A stretch of 64,000 nucleotides of DNA from Somniosus microcephalus. Lineage: Eukaryota. A program made the position numbers and the translations under genes. The notes under the pieces are model-generated. The model was not told the origin of the DNA. It worked only from the letters and a program-made list of their open reading frames with translations, and searched no databases. The number at the start of each line of letters is the position of its first letter. Position 1 is the first letter of the stretch. The stretch lies in NCBI GenBank assembly GCA_052327205.1, contig CM126203.1, forward strand, positions 272,118,001-272,182,000, read 5' to 3'. Shown in pieces: positions 1 through 13,954 of this stretch.

Positions 1-188
1 TATTTAGCCAATAAAAACCTATAGTTACTAACTTAACTCGTCGCTTTTCATGAACTGAATTGATAGGTATATTATTCTTTAAATCTTGACTTTTATTGTG
101 GTGATTTGCATTGCAGATAGTCTATCTGTTAGCTCAGATAAAACCTTTTGTTGCATACAATGACTCTCATGATTTTTATTTATTTCAG

Positions 189-352
189 CATCATTTTTTG
201 GAGAGAGCTACGTGCAGCTTAAAATAATAGAGGCCTCTAGCAAGACATCATTAAGTTTACAATTTCACACCTCAAAGTCAAGTGGACTACTTTTCCTTGC
301 AGCAGGGGAAACGGACTACTGGCTGGTGGAGCTCCAGTCTGGGCGTGTACAG
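189..352 (+). CDS. cspg4b: CSPG4-family gene, internal coding exon (start of laminin G domain 1; equivalent to CSPG4 exon 2)
   Basis: tttcag acceptor ends at 188 and gtatg donor starts at 353. Translates as (A)SFFGESYVQLKIIEASSKTSLSLQFHTSKSSGLLFLAAGETDYWLVELQSGRVQ, resembling CSPG4 ASFFGE...LLLAAG..D.LLLQL.SGRLQ. Splices in phase 0 to the next exon. Paralogue assignment (CSPG4B vs CSPG4) is tentative. Confidence 0.9.
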
Positions 353-437
353 GTATGCTAGTTGGAAAAATGGAGTAGCGTTTTGAAATAATGCTCATTC
401 ACCCTTTTGCTTAACTTTTGTTTTTTGCTGTTCTTAG

Positions 438-3400
438 GTGAAATTGGAGCTTGGTTCTGGTGAAAAGATTCTTCGCTCTGAAAGAGGAGTGAAGCTAAAT
501 GATTTGGCATTGCACACATTGGAAATATACCATGAAGATGGTGAAGTTACCCTGACAGTCGACAAACACTTCATAACTAGTGTGAAGATGCCAGGATTGC
601 TTCATGAGCTGAACATTCAACATGGCATATTTGTAGGTGGTACTGGTGGGTTTGACAAATCTTATATGGAAGGGGCAGCGCGTAACTTCCGGGGATGCAT
701 TGACGAGGTGGTATTCAACCTGCATGACATTTTGTCATCTTTAAGAACATATTCTGGCTTTAAAAATGTACATGAGGTTTCAGCAGGCTGCAGTGATGAA
801 TTTTTTGCTGAAGATGGTGAGCCAATCAGTTTATTTAGTTCCAAATCTTATCTTGAATTTGCCTTGTGGAATGCACAAGAGGAGGCAGTGCTTGAATGTG
901 CTGTGCGCACCACTGAACCATTGGGTCTGCTGCTGTATAACGCTGGTCGACAAGGTGATTTTGTCGCTATGGAGATTGCGGAAGGATTAATTCGTGTAGT
1001 TATTGGAAAATCTGGAAGAAAAACACACCTTTCTTCCCTAAGTCATGTTAACGACAATAATTGGCATTACATTAAGCTGCGATTTACATCTAAACATCTC
1101 CATCTTACAGTGGACGAGGAGACTGTAAAGGTTACTCTGAGTTCTGGCAGCAAGAATCTTAAGTTGAGGGGCCCTCTGTTTGTTGGCGGTATAGATGACA
1201 GCACTCGCGTCGAAGTCTTGAAGATCGGTCTTCAATCCCTTGCAGGAAGAAAAGCAAGAGGAGGATCCTTCAGGGGTTGCCTAAAGGATGTGAAAGCTAA
1301 CTCAGGAAAAAAAAGCTTAAGGAACGTGCTAGTTACAAAAGACATTTCAGCTGGGTGCACAGCAGTGAAAAAAAGTTTCACAACTGTTAAAACAACTACA
1401 GCTCAAATGCTAGTTATTCCAACGACTTCTACTCCTCAGACGACAGTTAAACCCACAGCAAAGGCACAGACCAAGAAATTCCTAACTCTCAATAACCTAG
1501 TAGTTGCAGAAGGAGGGCAGACAGCACTAGAGTCTAAACACATAAAGTTAAACCTAGAGTTCAAGAAATTGGGAGTGCGCCAGTCACAAATAATATTCAA
1601 GATAACAAAGCGGCCAAACCATGGACATCTAAAATTGGACACTGGTCCAGAGAGTGAACCGAATTCTTTCACCATGTTGGACCTCTGGTATGGGAGAGTA
1701 TTGTATGTTCACGATGGATCTGAGTATTCCCATGATCAGTTCTCATTTTCTGTTTTTACAAGCAGTAAGAAAGTGGTCCCAGAATACCTGAAAGGAGACA
1801 AGCAGTATCTGTTTAACATTACTATTACTCCAACTAATGATGCTCCTGAAATTGTTCTTCCTGAAGGTAATTTGTTCATTTTGCTGGAGAATTCCAAGAA
1901 ATGTCTTGCAAGTAATGTGATTAAGGCTATTGATATTGACACAAATTCTACAGAGCTTCAGTTCTCCATTTTAGGTAACCTTAATGCAGATGCTGGATTT
2001 TTGGAAAATGCCATGAATCCTGGTACGGCTATAACTACATTCTCCAACACTGATTTGGAAGAAGGGAACATGTATTACGTTCACCAGGGTGTTCGTACCT
2101 CAAGGATTGTGTTACGTGTCAGTGATGGTGATAGAGTGAGCAACACTGTAGTTTTACGTATAATGGCTGTACCAGTGGATTATAAAGTGGTCAATAACAC
2201 AGGCCTAATAGTGGAACAGAGTGATACGGCCTTGATCACTAAATACAATTTGTCAGTTGAAACTAATGCAGTCAATCAGGAAGTAGAAATCCGTTATAAC
2301 ATCGCTAAAGCCCCAAAGTATGGTGAAATTCAACGGCTGCAATCTAGCGGCGAATGGAAGAAAATCAGTTCTTTTTCTCAACGGTCGGTGGAGCGGGGCC
2401 GCATCCGATACTTTGGCACTTTCCATGAACTTCAGTCTCCTAATGTAACTGAGATGTTCAAATTTAAAGTTAGTATAGGGAGGGAGACAAGTGAGGAGCT
2501 AGTTTTCCCCATCATAGTGAAATGGGTTCATTTCAAACTTCTGAAAAATACACCATTAGAGATTGATAAAGGGAAGAAACAAGCTCTAACTTCTGAAAAT
2601 CTCCATGCTGTGATGGAAGGTGCAAGAACCTCTGAAAGTGGGCTACACTATAGGTTGGTGACTGCACCTAAAAGAGGACAACTTCTGTTGGATGGCAAGA
2701 TCCTAAAACAAAATTCTTCTTTCAGTCAGAAAGATATATCTGCACAGAAGGTGGAATATGAACTAATTGGCAAACCTCATGAAGACATAGAGGATGTCTT
2801 CAGCTTTCAGCTTTTCTCCAAGCATGCAGTATCACTAATGCATAATTTCCATACACTTATTAAAGCTGATGTTAACTCCATTAATTTGACAAATAAAGGT
2901 CTCACCTTGGTTGAGGGAGATGGAGAATTAATAACTCAGGCAGAGTTATATGCAGAAACCTTGAACACTAAAAGGTTCTTGTACACTATTATGCAGAGTC
3001 CAAGATCTGGCAAGTTGAAGCGCATCAACCGCTCTGATTCAACTGACAGTAATGACAATATAACGACCTTCACTAATGAAGATATTATTGGACAACGTCT
3101 CATGTATGTGCATGACAATTCTGAGTCTACACATGATGAGTTTATATTTGTAGCTGCTGCTGGAGAGGCCACAGACAATTCAGAAGCAGACCCGAACTCT
3201 CTCTCTGTTTTGGGGACATTTGCCATAACTATTCAGCTAAAAAATGATGAGAAACCAGTTCGTGCTGTAGACAAAGTTTTTCATGTGGTTAGGAATGGTC
3301 AGCGGCTGCTGACCCTTGAAGATCTGCGCTATCATGATCCTGATTCGGACTTCAGTGACGCACAGTTATTGTACACTCGCCGTGGTATTCCAAACGGTGA

Positions 3401-3989
3401 CCTAGTTCTAGTAAATGACACCGCCAAAAAACTTTTCCAGTTCTCTCAGGAAGACCTTGAGCAGAAGCGAGTTCTGTTTGTGCATCGCGGTGCTGACACT
3501 GGCAGGTTTGTCTTGTTTGTAACTGATGGTAAACACTACACTTCTTCGTTACTGGAGGTCAGTGCCTCAGATGCTTATGTTCAAATAGCTAACAACACAG
3601 GGCTTCTGGTGCAGAAGGGACAAGAAGAGCCTCTAACAACAGCTAATTTCAGTGTTAATACAAACCTTTTTATTGCAGAGGAAAGTGAGATTAATTACAG
3701 AGTGTTTTTGTCACCGAAACATGGAGCACTCTATTTGAATGGTATGCGTACAGAATCTTTCACTCAGAATGATTTGAAGAATGGCCAAGTAGTGTATCGC
3801 CATGACAACAGCAACAATCTTGTGGACAAGTTCAATTTCACAATAAAGGTGAAGCATTTACTGCTGGATGGAGGGGTTAATGTTCGTATATACCTGGAAA
3901 GCCATCAGCGTGCTCCAAGAATTGTGCACAACAGCAATCTATTGGTTGAAGAAGGGAAGCCTGTGAAAATCAGCAAAAAAAATCTTCAG
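438..3989 (+). CDS. cspg4b: CSPG4-family gene, giant exon (two laminin G domains plus CSPG/cadherin-like repeats)
   Basis: 3552-nt stop-free exon, ttcttag acceptor and CAG|gtgaga donor. LamG motifs (NFRGCI, SFRGCL) and CSPG repeats (YVHDGSE, YVHDNSE, YRHDNS, PTNDAP). A giant third exon is characteristic of CSPG4 genes. Confidence 0.95.
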
Positions 3990-4136
3990 GTGAGATGGCT
4001 GCAAGATGTGAGTTTGTTCTTGAATATAAACTGTTATCTTCTTGGTTAACATTACTTGTCTGATTGTTTCCCGAATTGTTTTTCCAAATATCCCTTCAAA
4101 TTAAAGGAGTACTTTAGGGAATTGATCCAAAACACT

Positions 4137-5860
4137 GGCTGGAATTTTACCGGTACTCAGAGTGCGGGTTTGGAGGCGGGTCTGCTGTCAAAATCACACA
4201 GATTGACAGCGGGTCGGTATCCCGCTGTAAACCCACCTCCTTGCCAATTTCCCAAGTATCGGGTCTGTCATCCCTGAACAGACCCGACACCAAGCAGCGG
4301 GTCAGCCAATTTAGATAGTTAAAAGCTTATTAGAAGGTAGTTAAGAACCATTTCCCCATGTACTTACCATTTTACCAGGTTTTGAATGAGGTTCCCAGAG
4401 AGCGGCTATCGCGTCAGGTAAGTATGTCGGGTCCTCAATAACTGGATTGCTGTGAATAGGTGAAAGCTGCAAAAGTGGTATAAAACCTACCATTTCACAG
4501 CTGTTCACTTCCCAATCTTAGAAGCTGGAGTATTAATGATTTGCAACCCACTTTTGTGCTTTATGCACTTTTGAAGTGTTTGGAATAATTTTTCTATCCA
4601 CTGTCGCCTCCTTGGAACAACCTGTCAGCTCAACCTCACCTGCCATCTATTCCATTAGCACCGGTGCCCTTGAAAAAATCTCACCTTGGTCCTCAGAATC
4701 CCACCACGATCAGCATCACCGGGCACACCAACCTTCTCCGCAATCAACTGATGCTGCACTGGACACAGGGCATCAGCACCCGACCACATTGCTGCCCGGG
4801 ACGCTAGCAATGGCCTCACCGTGTCCAGGTTTGCTTCACTTAACACTGTACACCCTGGCTGCCACATAATGCACCAGGTTGGCACTATTCCACACCAGCA
4901 CCATAAAGCATCCCATCAATGTCCAAGCCTTCCTTTCACACTCGTCACCATTGGGGGTGTGTTGGGGGGATGTTATGTCTCACCATTCACTGGAACTCAC
5001 TAAGACACTTTCAAAGGTGCACACAAATCTGTCCAAGAAGGCAAAGTGGTGACAATAACGTTTTCAATGCTTGACAACACATTAACAGAAAGTTTACACG
5101 AACATTGGCTAAAACACCCAGGTGGCTACCCTTGTGTGTTGTTAGTTGGTGTGATTGGACTAGGATGAGGGTGAGTGTGACGGGTGGCCAGTGAGATGGG
5201 GATGTGATAATGTAGATAGAGAGGGATAGGTGGAGGTGCAAGGTAAGTTGGTGTGAGTAAGAATGTGCAGGAGTAGGGTAGGAAGGCAGAGTGATAGGGA
5301 TGTGATGAGTGGCACATAAGGATGAGGTTGAGTGTGGCTTTTCAGTAACGTTTCGTGATCTACTGAGATCATTGAAAAGTTTGTGCCTCTGCAGCCTGGT
5401 CCTCCTGACGACATCCCGACTTGTGCCCTCCTGTGCAATGTGCAACCAGGCTGCGTTGGTGTCCTGGGGAGGTCTCTACCGCCCATTGGAATGGAAGAGG
5501 ACCTCTCTGCATGCTGTGACTCCATCCATAAGCATATGGAGGGAGTCATGGGAGAGCCTGTATGCAGCCGTGCACCAGTTTTTAGTTTTTGCAGTACCTC
5601 AATGCTATAGAACACTGACAGCACCACTGTCAAAATGAATGTGGACATGGTCCCTTTAAGGAAACCGGTTGATGACGCGTCATCAGACCCGCTTCCTTTT
5701 AGGTGGCCAGGAACCTCGCAGGGCGGGCTTAACCAGGCCAATCAGGGCATAATCACTTGGAGGAGGCGGGATGAAGTCGGGTGCGGATTTTGAGGCCGCT
5801 GTCTGCTCCGGCCGCACCAGACTCGCCACAGCTGGCGAAATCGCGACCACTGACTTTGTT
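4137..5860. mobile_element. Degraded PIF/Harbinger-derived element (Myb/SANT-gene remnant on minus strand)
   Basis: Begins GGCTGGAATTTT, similar to other Harbinger-type termini in the window. Minus-strand peptides near 5300-5560 (..RHKLFNDLSRS..) resemble CRKKFNNLTR of the Myb gene near 47030. Confidence 0.5.
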
Positions 5861-5868
5861 CTGGTGGA

Positions 5869-6184
5869 AATCAGAATCACAGAATCACAGAATCTGCAGT
5901 GCAGATAGAGGCCATTTCGGCCCATCGAGCCTGCACCGACACACATCCCACCCCATCCCCGCAACCCCACGTATTTAATCCCCTAACACTAAGGGTCAAT
6001 TTATCACAGCCAAATCAACCTAACCTGCACATCTTTGGACTGTGGGAGGAAACCGGAGCACCCGGAGGAAACCCACGCAGACACAGGGAGAATGTGCAAA
6101 CTCCACACAGTCACCCGAGGCCGGATTCGAACCCGGGTCCCTGGCGCTGTGAGGCAACAGTGCTAACCACTATGCCACCGTGCC
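5869..6184 (-). mobile_element. HE1-type tRNA-derived V-SINE
   Basis: Minus strand: tRNA head GGCACGGTGGCATAGTGGTTAGCAC...GGTTCGAATCC (A and B boxes), V-domain TGTGTGGAGTTTGCACATTCTCCC...GGGTTTCCTCCGGGTGCTCCGG, CR1-like 3' end with (GATTCTGT)n tail. Confidence 0.85.
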
Positions 6185-6722
6185 ACAGTCTGCATTGAAT
6201 AAACAGGATGTTATTTACAAATCCCCCTCACATTTTTTAATATACCAAGTTGTTGGAGTATGATATGCAGTGATGTGATGAGATAGAAAGGCTGGCTCCT
6301 TACTAAGCCTGTAACTATTCTCTGGTTCTGGACTACAGGTTGAATTGTAAATTGTAGTTGTGGCTATTGATCTGACTTTTATTTCCATGTTAATTGTAAA
6401 GGCGTTATTAAATGACAGTGTAAATTGTGTAGCACTAAATAGGCAGAAGCTTGATGCTTCAGTCACTTTATATTAGCAAAAATGCAATTTTCATATATTG
6501 GCATTATAATAGAACAATGCCTTTTTGCATCAAATTAACAAATTTGTTTTGTAAATGAACAAATGTAATTTTATTCAATAATGTTTTATATGTACCATGT
6601 ATAGGTTATCTCAGCTGTTACTATAATCTGTTAACTATAAATATGCTACCAGCAGTGAAGTACCAGTACAGTAAATACAAACACAAAATATACACTGCAA
6701 TAGCAAAAGCAAGTATGTAATT

Positions 6723-8430
6723 AGCTCCGCTTCTTCCTTGATCAGAGGCCCGACCAGTCCCCATCCACCACCACCCTCCTCTACCTGGCTGAACTTGTTC
6801 TCACATTTAACAACTTCTCCTTTGACTCCACTCACTTCCTCCAAATCAAAGGTGTTGCTGTGGGAACTCGCATGGGTCCTAGCTATACCTGCCTTTTCAT
6901 GGGATATGTGGAACTTTCTTTGTTCCAGTCCTACTCCGGTCCCCTCCCTCACCTCTTTTTCCGGTACATTGATGAATGTATCGGTGCTGTTTCCTGCTCT
7001 CGCCCTGAACTAGAAAATTTCATTCACTTTGCTTTCAATTTCCACCCTTTCCTCACCTTCACATGGTTCATCTCCGACTCTTCCCTTCCCTTCCTCGACT
7101 TCTCCATCTCCATCTCTGGGGATAGGTTATCGACCAACATTCACTACAAGCCCACTGACTCCCACAGCTACCTGGACTACACTTCCTCCCACCCTGCTTC
7201 CTGTAAGGACTTTATTCCATTCTCCCAGTTTCTCCGTCTCCACCGCATCTGCTCTGACAATGCCACCTTCCATACCAGTGCTTCCGACATGTCTTCCTTT
7301 TTCCTCAACCGAGGATTCCCCTCTACTGTGGTTGACACGGCCCTTGACTGTGTCCATTCTATCTCCCACACTTCTGCCCTCACCCCTGCCCCTCCCTTCC
7401 GGAACCACGATAAGGTTCCCCTTGTCCTCACCTTTCACCTCACCAGCCTCTACATTCAACGGATCATTCTCTGCCATTTCCGCCACCTCCAGCATGATCC
7501 CACCACCAAACACATCTTCCCCTCACCACCTCTTTCAGCATTCCGAAGGAACTGCTCCCTCCGCGACACCCTGGTCCACTCCTCTATCACCCCCAACACC
7601 CCTTCCCCTTTGCCCAGCACCTTCCTGTGTAAGCGCAGGAGATGAAATGCATGCCCTTATAGCTCCCCCCTTCCCACTGTCCAGGGCCCCAAACACCTCT
7701 TCCAGGTAAAACAGCGATTTACTTGTACTTCTTGCAATCTAGTATACTGTATTCACTGCTCACGATGCGGTCTCCTCTACATTGGGGAGACCAAACGCAG
7801 ATTGGGTGACTGCTTTGCGGAACACCTCCGTTCAGTCCGTAAGGGGGACCCGGAGCTTCGGGTCGCCTGTCACTTTAATTCTCCGCTCCACTCCCACTCG
7901 GACCTCACCGCCCTCGGCCTCTTACATTGTTCCACTGAAGCTCAACATAAGTTCGAGGAACAGCACCTCATCTTTCGATTCGGCACTTTACAGATTTCTG
8001 GATTCAACATAGAGTTCAACAATTTCAGATCATAACCTCGGCCCCTATCTTTTTTTTTCAACACTTTTTTTGTTTGTGTTTTCTTCTCTCCCACATGGCA
8101 GCTGTCTTTCATTCTGCCAGCGCAATTTACACTTCATCTGGAGCCATCCTTTGTTTCTTAACCTGTCCCATTACCATCTCCTTTTGCCTTGAATATCTCT
8201 TAATGTCTCTTAACCTCTCCTGCCTTCTATCCTATCACAGACCTTCCCTTTTGTGCTTTCATCCCCTCCCCCCTTTCTCAGCTCCTACACTTGCTTAAAA
8301 ATCTGTTCCATTGCCTGCTTTTTTTCCAGTTCTGACAAAAGGTCATCAACCTGAAACGTTAACTCTGTTTCTCTCTTCACAGATGCTGCCTGACCTGCTG
8401 AGTATCTCCAGCATTTTCTGTTTTTATTTT
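6723..8430 (+). mobile_element. Penelope-like retroelement, 5'-truncated (RT C-terminal half, GIY-YIG endonuclease, 3' repeat)
   Basis: RT motifs GTRMGPSY..LFMG and FFRYIDE, plus IHYKPTDSHSYL; GIY-YIG-like VYCIHCSRCGLLYIGETKRRLGDCFAEH near 7740-7830; in-frame stop at 7643-7645. Confidence 0.88.
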
Positions 8431-10794
8431 GTAATTAAATGCAGTTAGGTTATAATACCATTTCTTAACTCCAGTGACCATTGGCACCACATTTTCCACC
8501 AACCATTACTCAAACTAATCCTCTGAATATTGAACATCTGTGTCAGTCACGTGATTTTGTAACTGGAATCCCTGTACCTTCTACAACCATAGTGCTAAAT
8601 GACCACTTCAAACAGCCTTTTGAGCAGTTTCACTTTGACGAGCATTTTTGTTGCCAAACTCGTCAAAATTTGACATGGTCATGCTGAGAGTTAGTCTGAT
8701 CTTCAAGTTGTGTTTTTAATCCAAAATTCAAATGAGTTCTAACCTGAAGTAGTGTTTTGTTTTTCTCAAATTTTTATCGACAAGGCATAACTTATTTTTG
8801 TCCACCAGATGTCATCTAATCCTACTGAATGCGGTTTTTTAAATTGCTGACTGTAGATGCTGTTGTGTGTTTTAGTGCACTTAAGTTATTTGCTGTATTA
8901 TGGGCCATATCAGAACAAGTTAAATTTTGAAAAATATTTTAAATTTAAGAAGTGGATAATACGTTCATGTATTGTTTAGTTTTTTAGGTTTTGTGTAGGT
9001 ATTGGATTAGTGCAGTTTTAATGGGGTGACATGGTCTGTTCTTTACTATAGGCCATATTTAAGCCATTTTTTCCCTATGGTAGCTTCTGAGCCATTGAAA
9101 TTATGGGGTAGAATTTCTGTGTCGAGTTCCCCAATCTTCCACCATAATTTCGGTGGAAGAACAGTGAAAACCCTAGAGAAATGGCATATCCAGCCATTTA
9201 CACCTAAGTTACAGCAGGAGGTCTAGAGATCCCCTGTGAAAATTACTGGCTCATATATTTGGAGGTCTGTAGTACAGGTTTGTGTGAGAGCACTGTAAAA
9301 TCTTTTTATTCCTAAAGCAAAATACTGCGGATACAGCAGATCTGAAATAAAAACAGAAAATGCTGGAAAACACTCAGCAGGTCAGGCAGCATCTGTGGAG
9401 AGAGAAACAGAGTTAACGTTTATGAATATGGATCTTTAGCATTCTTGAAATGAGGCTGTTAATATTGTGCTTAGTGTGAGATCCTATTAAATACCCAACA
9501 CTGTTCAGTTGGTAAACTATGCAGCTAATAAAACGCAATTCTTTACAGACTGGGAAGGCCACACCCCCAGTCCCTGTTGATCACCGGTCTCTGCTGAATG
9601 ATGTAAGTTTATTAACCTGGGCCAGGTAGACAGTAGACAGCTGTAGCTCACAAGATGATTATGAATGAGAAGGGCCATTCGATCCATCTTAATTCATCCA
9701 GCCAGAGAGATGCTAAAGTTCCTCCATTGCAGCATCCAGTTGTTTATTAACTGATTCCAGGGTTTTTGCCTCCACCAGGAGGTCTAGTCCATACGTTGAT
9801 CACCCTTTTATGTCGAGAAGAATTTCTTGACATCAGTCCTAAATTTACCTTTTTACTAGCTTGAACCTGTGCCCTCCTTGTCCTACTCTCTCAGTTTAAT
9901 GTAAAGTCATACCATTTACTATCTTGTACATCTCTATAAAATCACCTCTTAGATGCATCCTTTCCAGGCTGAAAACTCATGGCCCACGTAGCGAGAGAAG
10001 TCACTGGCAGGACAATGGCAAATTGGTCCGCCGACCTCGTTTATTTATTTATTTACTACTGGCGAGCTGCAGGTGGTTTAAGTTAGAAATTTTACAGATT
10101 TAAATAAATTTGTAAACCTGGAACCCAACGTATTAAAAGTATCAGAAATTTAATTAAAACCACAACTTCACAAAAATATATTTTTATTCTTCAATTCTTC
10201 TGACAAGTTCAAAATCGTCTCCTACCATTTGGTGTTGATCTGGAGTTGATTACTGGGAATTACATGCTCAGTTGCGTACTGGCGCTGCAGCCAGTGGCAT
10301 TTTTTAAACATTGCTGGCATCAGCCACATACAATACAATACAATACAAATCGCTTTATTGGCATGATAAGGTACATCTTATGTTGCCAAAGCATCAAAAT
10401 ACATTTATGGTTGAGCACATAAACGCGGTTCCATTCATACAGTGTATAAACAGGTATATCCCTGAGTTTATAAATATATTTTCGCCTTGTTTATATATGC
10501 TATTCTAAAATGTAGAGCCAAATCATGTTTCTAAGTTGAGTTTCACTAATTTATTCTCCTTCCTCCTTCTAAGTTACTCCATTGTGGTAGAGTGTGTGGG
10601 TTTTTTGTGTTTGTAAGAATGTGGCTTTTCATGGGGATCTGCGTCACTTTCTCCCTTGCATAGTGGATCATTATTCCTGTTCTTTGTTTTCATTAAACCT
10701 GTGACTGTGAGGTGCTTCAAACTATGCTGCTGTCAGCATGAATTTTCCGGTGTGATTAAAGGGTATGGTTCTGTAGACAGCAAAAGTTTGTTTT

Positions 10795-11215
10795 ACATAG
10801 AATTTACAGCACAGAAACAGGCCAGACGGACCAACTGGTCTATGCCAGTGTTTATGCTGCACACGAGCCTTAATTCATCTCGCCTCCTCACCTTATCAAA
10901 ATATCCTCCTATTCCTTTCTCTCTCATATGTTTATCTAGCTTCCCCTTAAATGCATTTAAGTTATTCACCTCAACTACTCCTTGTGGTAGCAAGTCCCAC
11001 ATTTTAACTACTCTCTGGGTAAAGAAGTTTCTCCTGAATTCTTTCTTGGATTTATTAGTGACTATCTTATGTTTACGGCACCAAGGTTTTAATTCCACCA
11101 CACATTCTCCACGTCTACCCTATCAAAGCCCTTCATAATTTTAAAGACCTCTATTAGGTCAGACCTCAGCCTTCTCTTTTTTTTCTAGAGAAAAGAGCCC
11201 CAGCCTGTTCAGTCT
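10795..11215 (-). mobile_element. CR1 LINE 3' fragment
   Basis: CR1 ORF2 C-terminal motif RRNFFTQRVV..W..LPQ.VVE...FK..LD followed by 3' UTR. Confidence 0.8.
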
Positions 11216-12417
11216 GTGAGAGAACCTCATTAGCAGAATTAACCATGCAGTCTTTCTAATGGTACATTACCTTTGAGCGATATTGCTCATGGGATCCCTG
11301 GTTTTGGCAACAGTGCAGCGAGGTATATCAGACCTTTTGTAAATGCTGAAATCTACCTGAAGAAGTGGATTTCCCTGGGTATCTATAGCTAGCAGCAATG
11401 TAAGTGCAGGCTCTAATGGTATCAGCTGCCATTTGTTCCTGAAGTAAGTTGCCTGCTATGTATGAGCCAGCAATGCGATTTCAGAATGGCTGACCTGTAC
11501 TGGAATTCATCACCTAGTGGGGAAGGTCTCAAAGCCAGAAAATAAAGCCACAGATTGTGTGAAAAGTTGTTTGTTTCAACGGTGCTGTAGATTCTGCCTT
11601 GCATTTTAAGCAGGAAGAGTTTCACAGCACTGGGAGCCAAAGCCAATACACAGCTGCTGGTACTTGAGCAGCTCCCCAAGATAAATGCAACATAAATGGT
11701 AGAATTTCTTGTCTCAACTGTTGTTTTGTGAATGTCTAACTTCACTGCTGAGCTGATAGAGGTCAATTTGCAAGCTAAATTCTTCGCAATTTTCTGGTTC
11801 CTTGCTTCCAAGCGCATTAGTAGATTTAAAATGTAGTGCCTTGGAACTATAGAAACTTATAGCACAGGAGAATGCCAGTCATCTCATTGTATCTGTGCCA
11901 GAGCTTTGTTAGAGCAACCCAAAACTAATCCCACTGCCCTGCTCTCCCCACAGATCTGTATCTGCCTCTGCTTTGAATGTTTATCTGGTCTTCCCCTAAA
12001 AGAAGCAATGGGCTGCCTTAACTGCTCCGTGTAACACAGAATTCCACACTCTAACGATGCTCGGTGTAAAGACATTTCTCTCTCCTCACTATCCTAGTGA
12101 CAATTTTAAATGGATAACCCCTCAATACTGACTCCCCACCCAGAGGAAATAGTCTTTCCCCGCTTGTCTATGTACAATCAAAAAAATGGCAAGTGAATTT
12201 GTTTTTTTTGGCAATGGGGGTAAACTTTCTGCACCGGTATCCAGATCTCCCGCTTTGCGGGGGTTTCCGTTGAAGTTACAGCGGATGATCGGGAGAACAT
12301 CTGGGGAAATTCCAGGCATGGGCGTTTTTCCCTTTTTAAAATATGTCTATGTAAATATGTCGCTGATCTGGGCACTACATATTTCACCTCTGTATTGTGA
12401 TACCTTCTTTCTTTCAG

Positions 12418-12891
12418 GCCATGCATGAAGACAATCTACCATCCGAAATAATTTACAAAGTGAAAATTGCACCAGCTCATGGCTACATTCGTAGCTTTGC
12501 TGAAGCAGAAGGGTACTATGTTGGAACAGAACATAAACCAGTCCAGTACTTTACACAACAAGACCTAAATGATGGCAGCATTCAGTATGTGCAAGTGAGA
12601 GCAAATCAGATAAAGGACAGCTTTACTGTGGATATTACTAATGGAGTAGTAGAACTGTCTGGAATTCTAATCCAGATTGATATTATTCCAAGACTGATCC
12701 CACTGGAAGTACATAACTTTACAATCAAGGAAGGTTCATCTAAGGCATTGACAGAGGACTTTATAAAAGTTGCAAGTCCACACTTTGCTGAGCTTAATTT
12801 TGAATATTCAGTAATAGAAAAACCAAAACACGGACATATAGAGAACTCCCGTTTTCCTGATTTATCTCTCTTGTCATTTACTAGACAACAG
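12418..12891 (+). CDS. cspg4b: CSPG4-family exon (CSPG repeats)
   Basis: ctttcag acceptor and CAG|gtact donor; 474 nt, phase 0/0; AMHEDNLPSEIIY...FTQQDLNDGSIQYVQ...SFTRQQ. Confidence 0.92.
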
Positions 12892-13158
12892 GTACTGTGA
12901 AAATGTTTCATTTTTCTTGTCAATGTAGACTTTCCTGTGTACTTAATGATTTAATTTTGTTTTTCCCCATAAGATGTCTTTTGTCAGTCAAATGCATAAA
13001 TAAGACTATCTTGGCTACAATTCTAACTGAGAGCAATTCATCTCCTACTTGAAAGATGTAGGTTCTACTTATAGTTCAAATTCATATGACAAGTGAACAT
13101 TTTCAGAATCTGTGTATATTGGTAATAACACTGATTTTTATATCACTTCACCTTTTAG

Positions 13159-13335
13159 GTTGAACAAGAATTTATTTACTATGTTCATGATGACAGCGAG
13201 AGTCTCCGGGACAACTTCTCTATAATGGTCAATGATACCCAACTGAGAAAACAGAGTTTGCTTTGGACAGTTTTTATTAATATCACATCAGTGAATGATG
13301 AGCCCCCCATCATTATCACAAAAGAAATATTCAAA
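13159..13335 (+). CDS. cspg4b: CSPG4-family exon (absent from the ORF track)
   Basis: cttttag acceptor and AAA|gtaagt donor; 177 nt; VEQEFIYYVHDDSESLRDNFSIMVNDTQLRKQSLLWTVFINITSVNDEPPIIITKEIFK is a CSPG repeat. Confidence 0.92.
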
Positions 13336-13954
13336 GTAAGTTAACCATGTTTTGAGGTGAATGTGTGCACAAAAACACTAACTGAGTACAAAAAATCAAT
13401 AGCTTACTAGCTGATCTTCCATGACGTGGCTCAAAGGGAGTAGAGATGATGGGATACCCCCAGCATTTACACAGCACAAGTTGGCAGCAGTGAGAGCACA
13501 GAGGGCTCAACTGTCACATTGTAGGGGGAAATCACACATGGGAAGATCATGGAAGTAGCCTTGAGGAGCGCAGTGTTAGTGCAGTAGTGAAGTGCGAGAA
13601 GAAATATAGGCGCTCTGGAAACAGCAGCAGAAGGCAAGGCTGAGGGTTGCTGAAAGTAGGGAGGCTAATGAGCCAAAAATTGCTGAATGAAAGATGAGAT
13701 ATAGGTAACTATTGGTAGGTTTTGTATTTAATTTTCAAATTTTTGAATTTTGTATGTATTGTTGAGGGGGAGGTGGAGTTTAAAAAAAAGCAAGGTGGCC
13801 AACTATGGTGTGTCCTGTTCCTGAGCCAATCGGGGGGGGGGGGAAATAGTGTACTACATAGGGCATGTATACACTAACACCAGAATTATAATTGTATAGA
13901 TAGATCGATCCATTGTATATTTTGATTTGTTCCATGCTGATGATGGACGACTTT

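Noticed and set aside
3990-4049. C-terminal VRWLQDVSLFLNINCYLLG of the 1203-aa ORF
   Set aside because: Read-through past a strong CAG|GTGAGA donor; homology continues in the exon at 12418.
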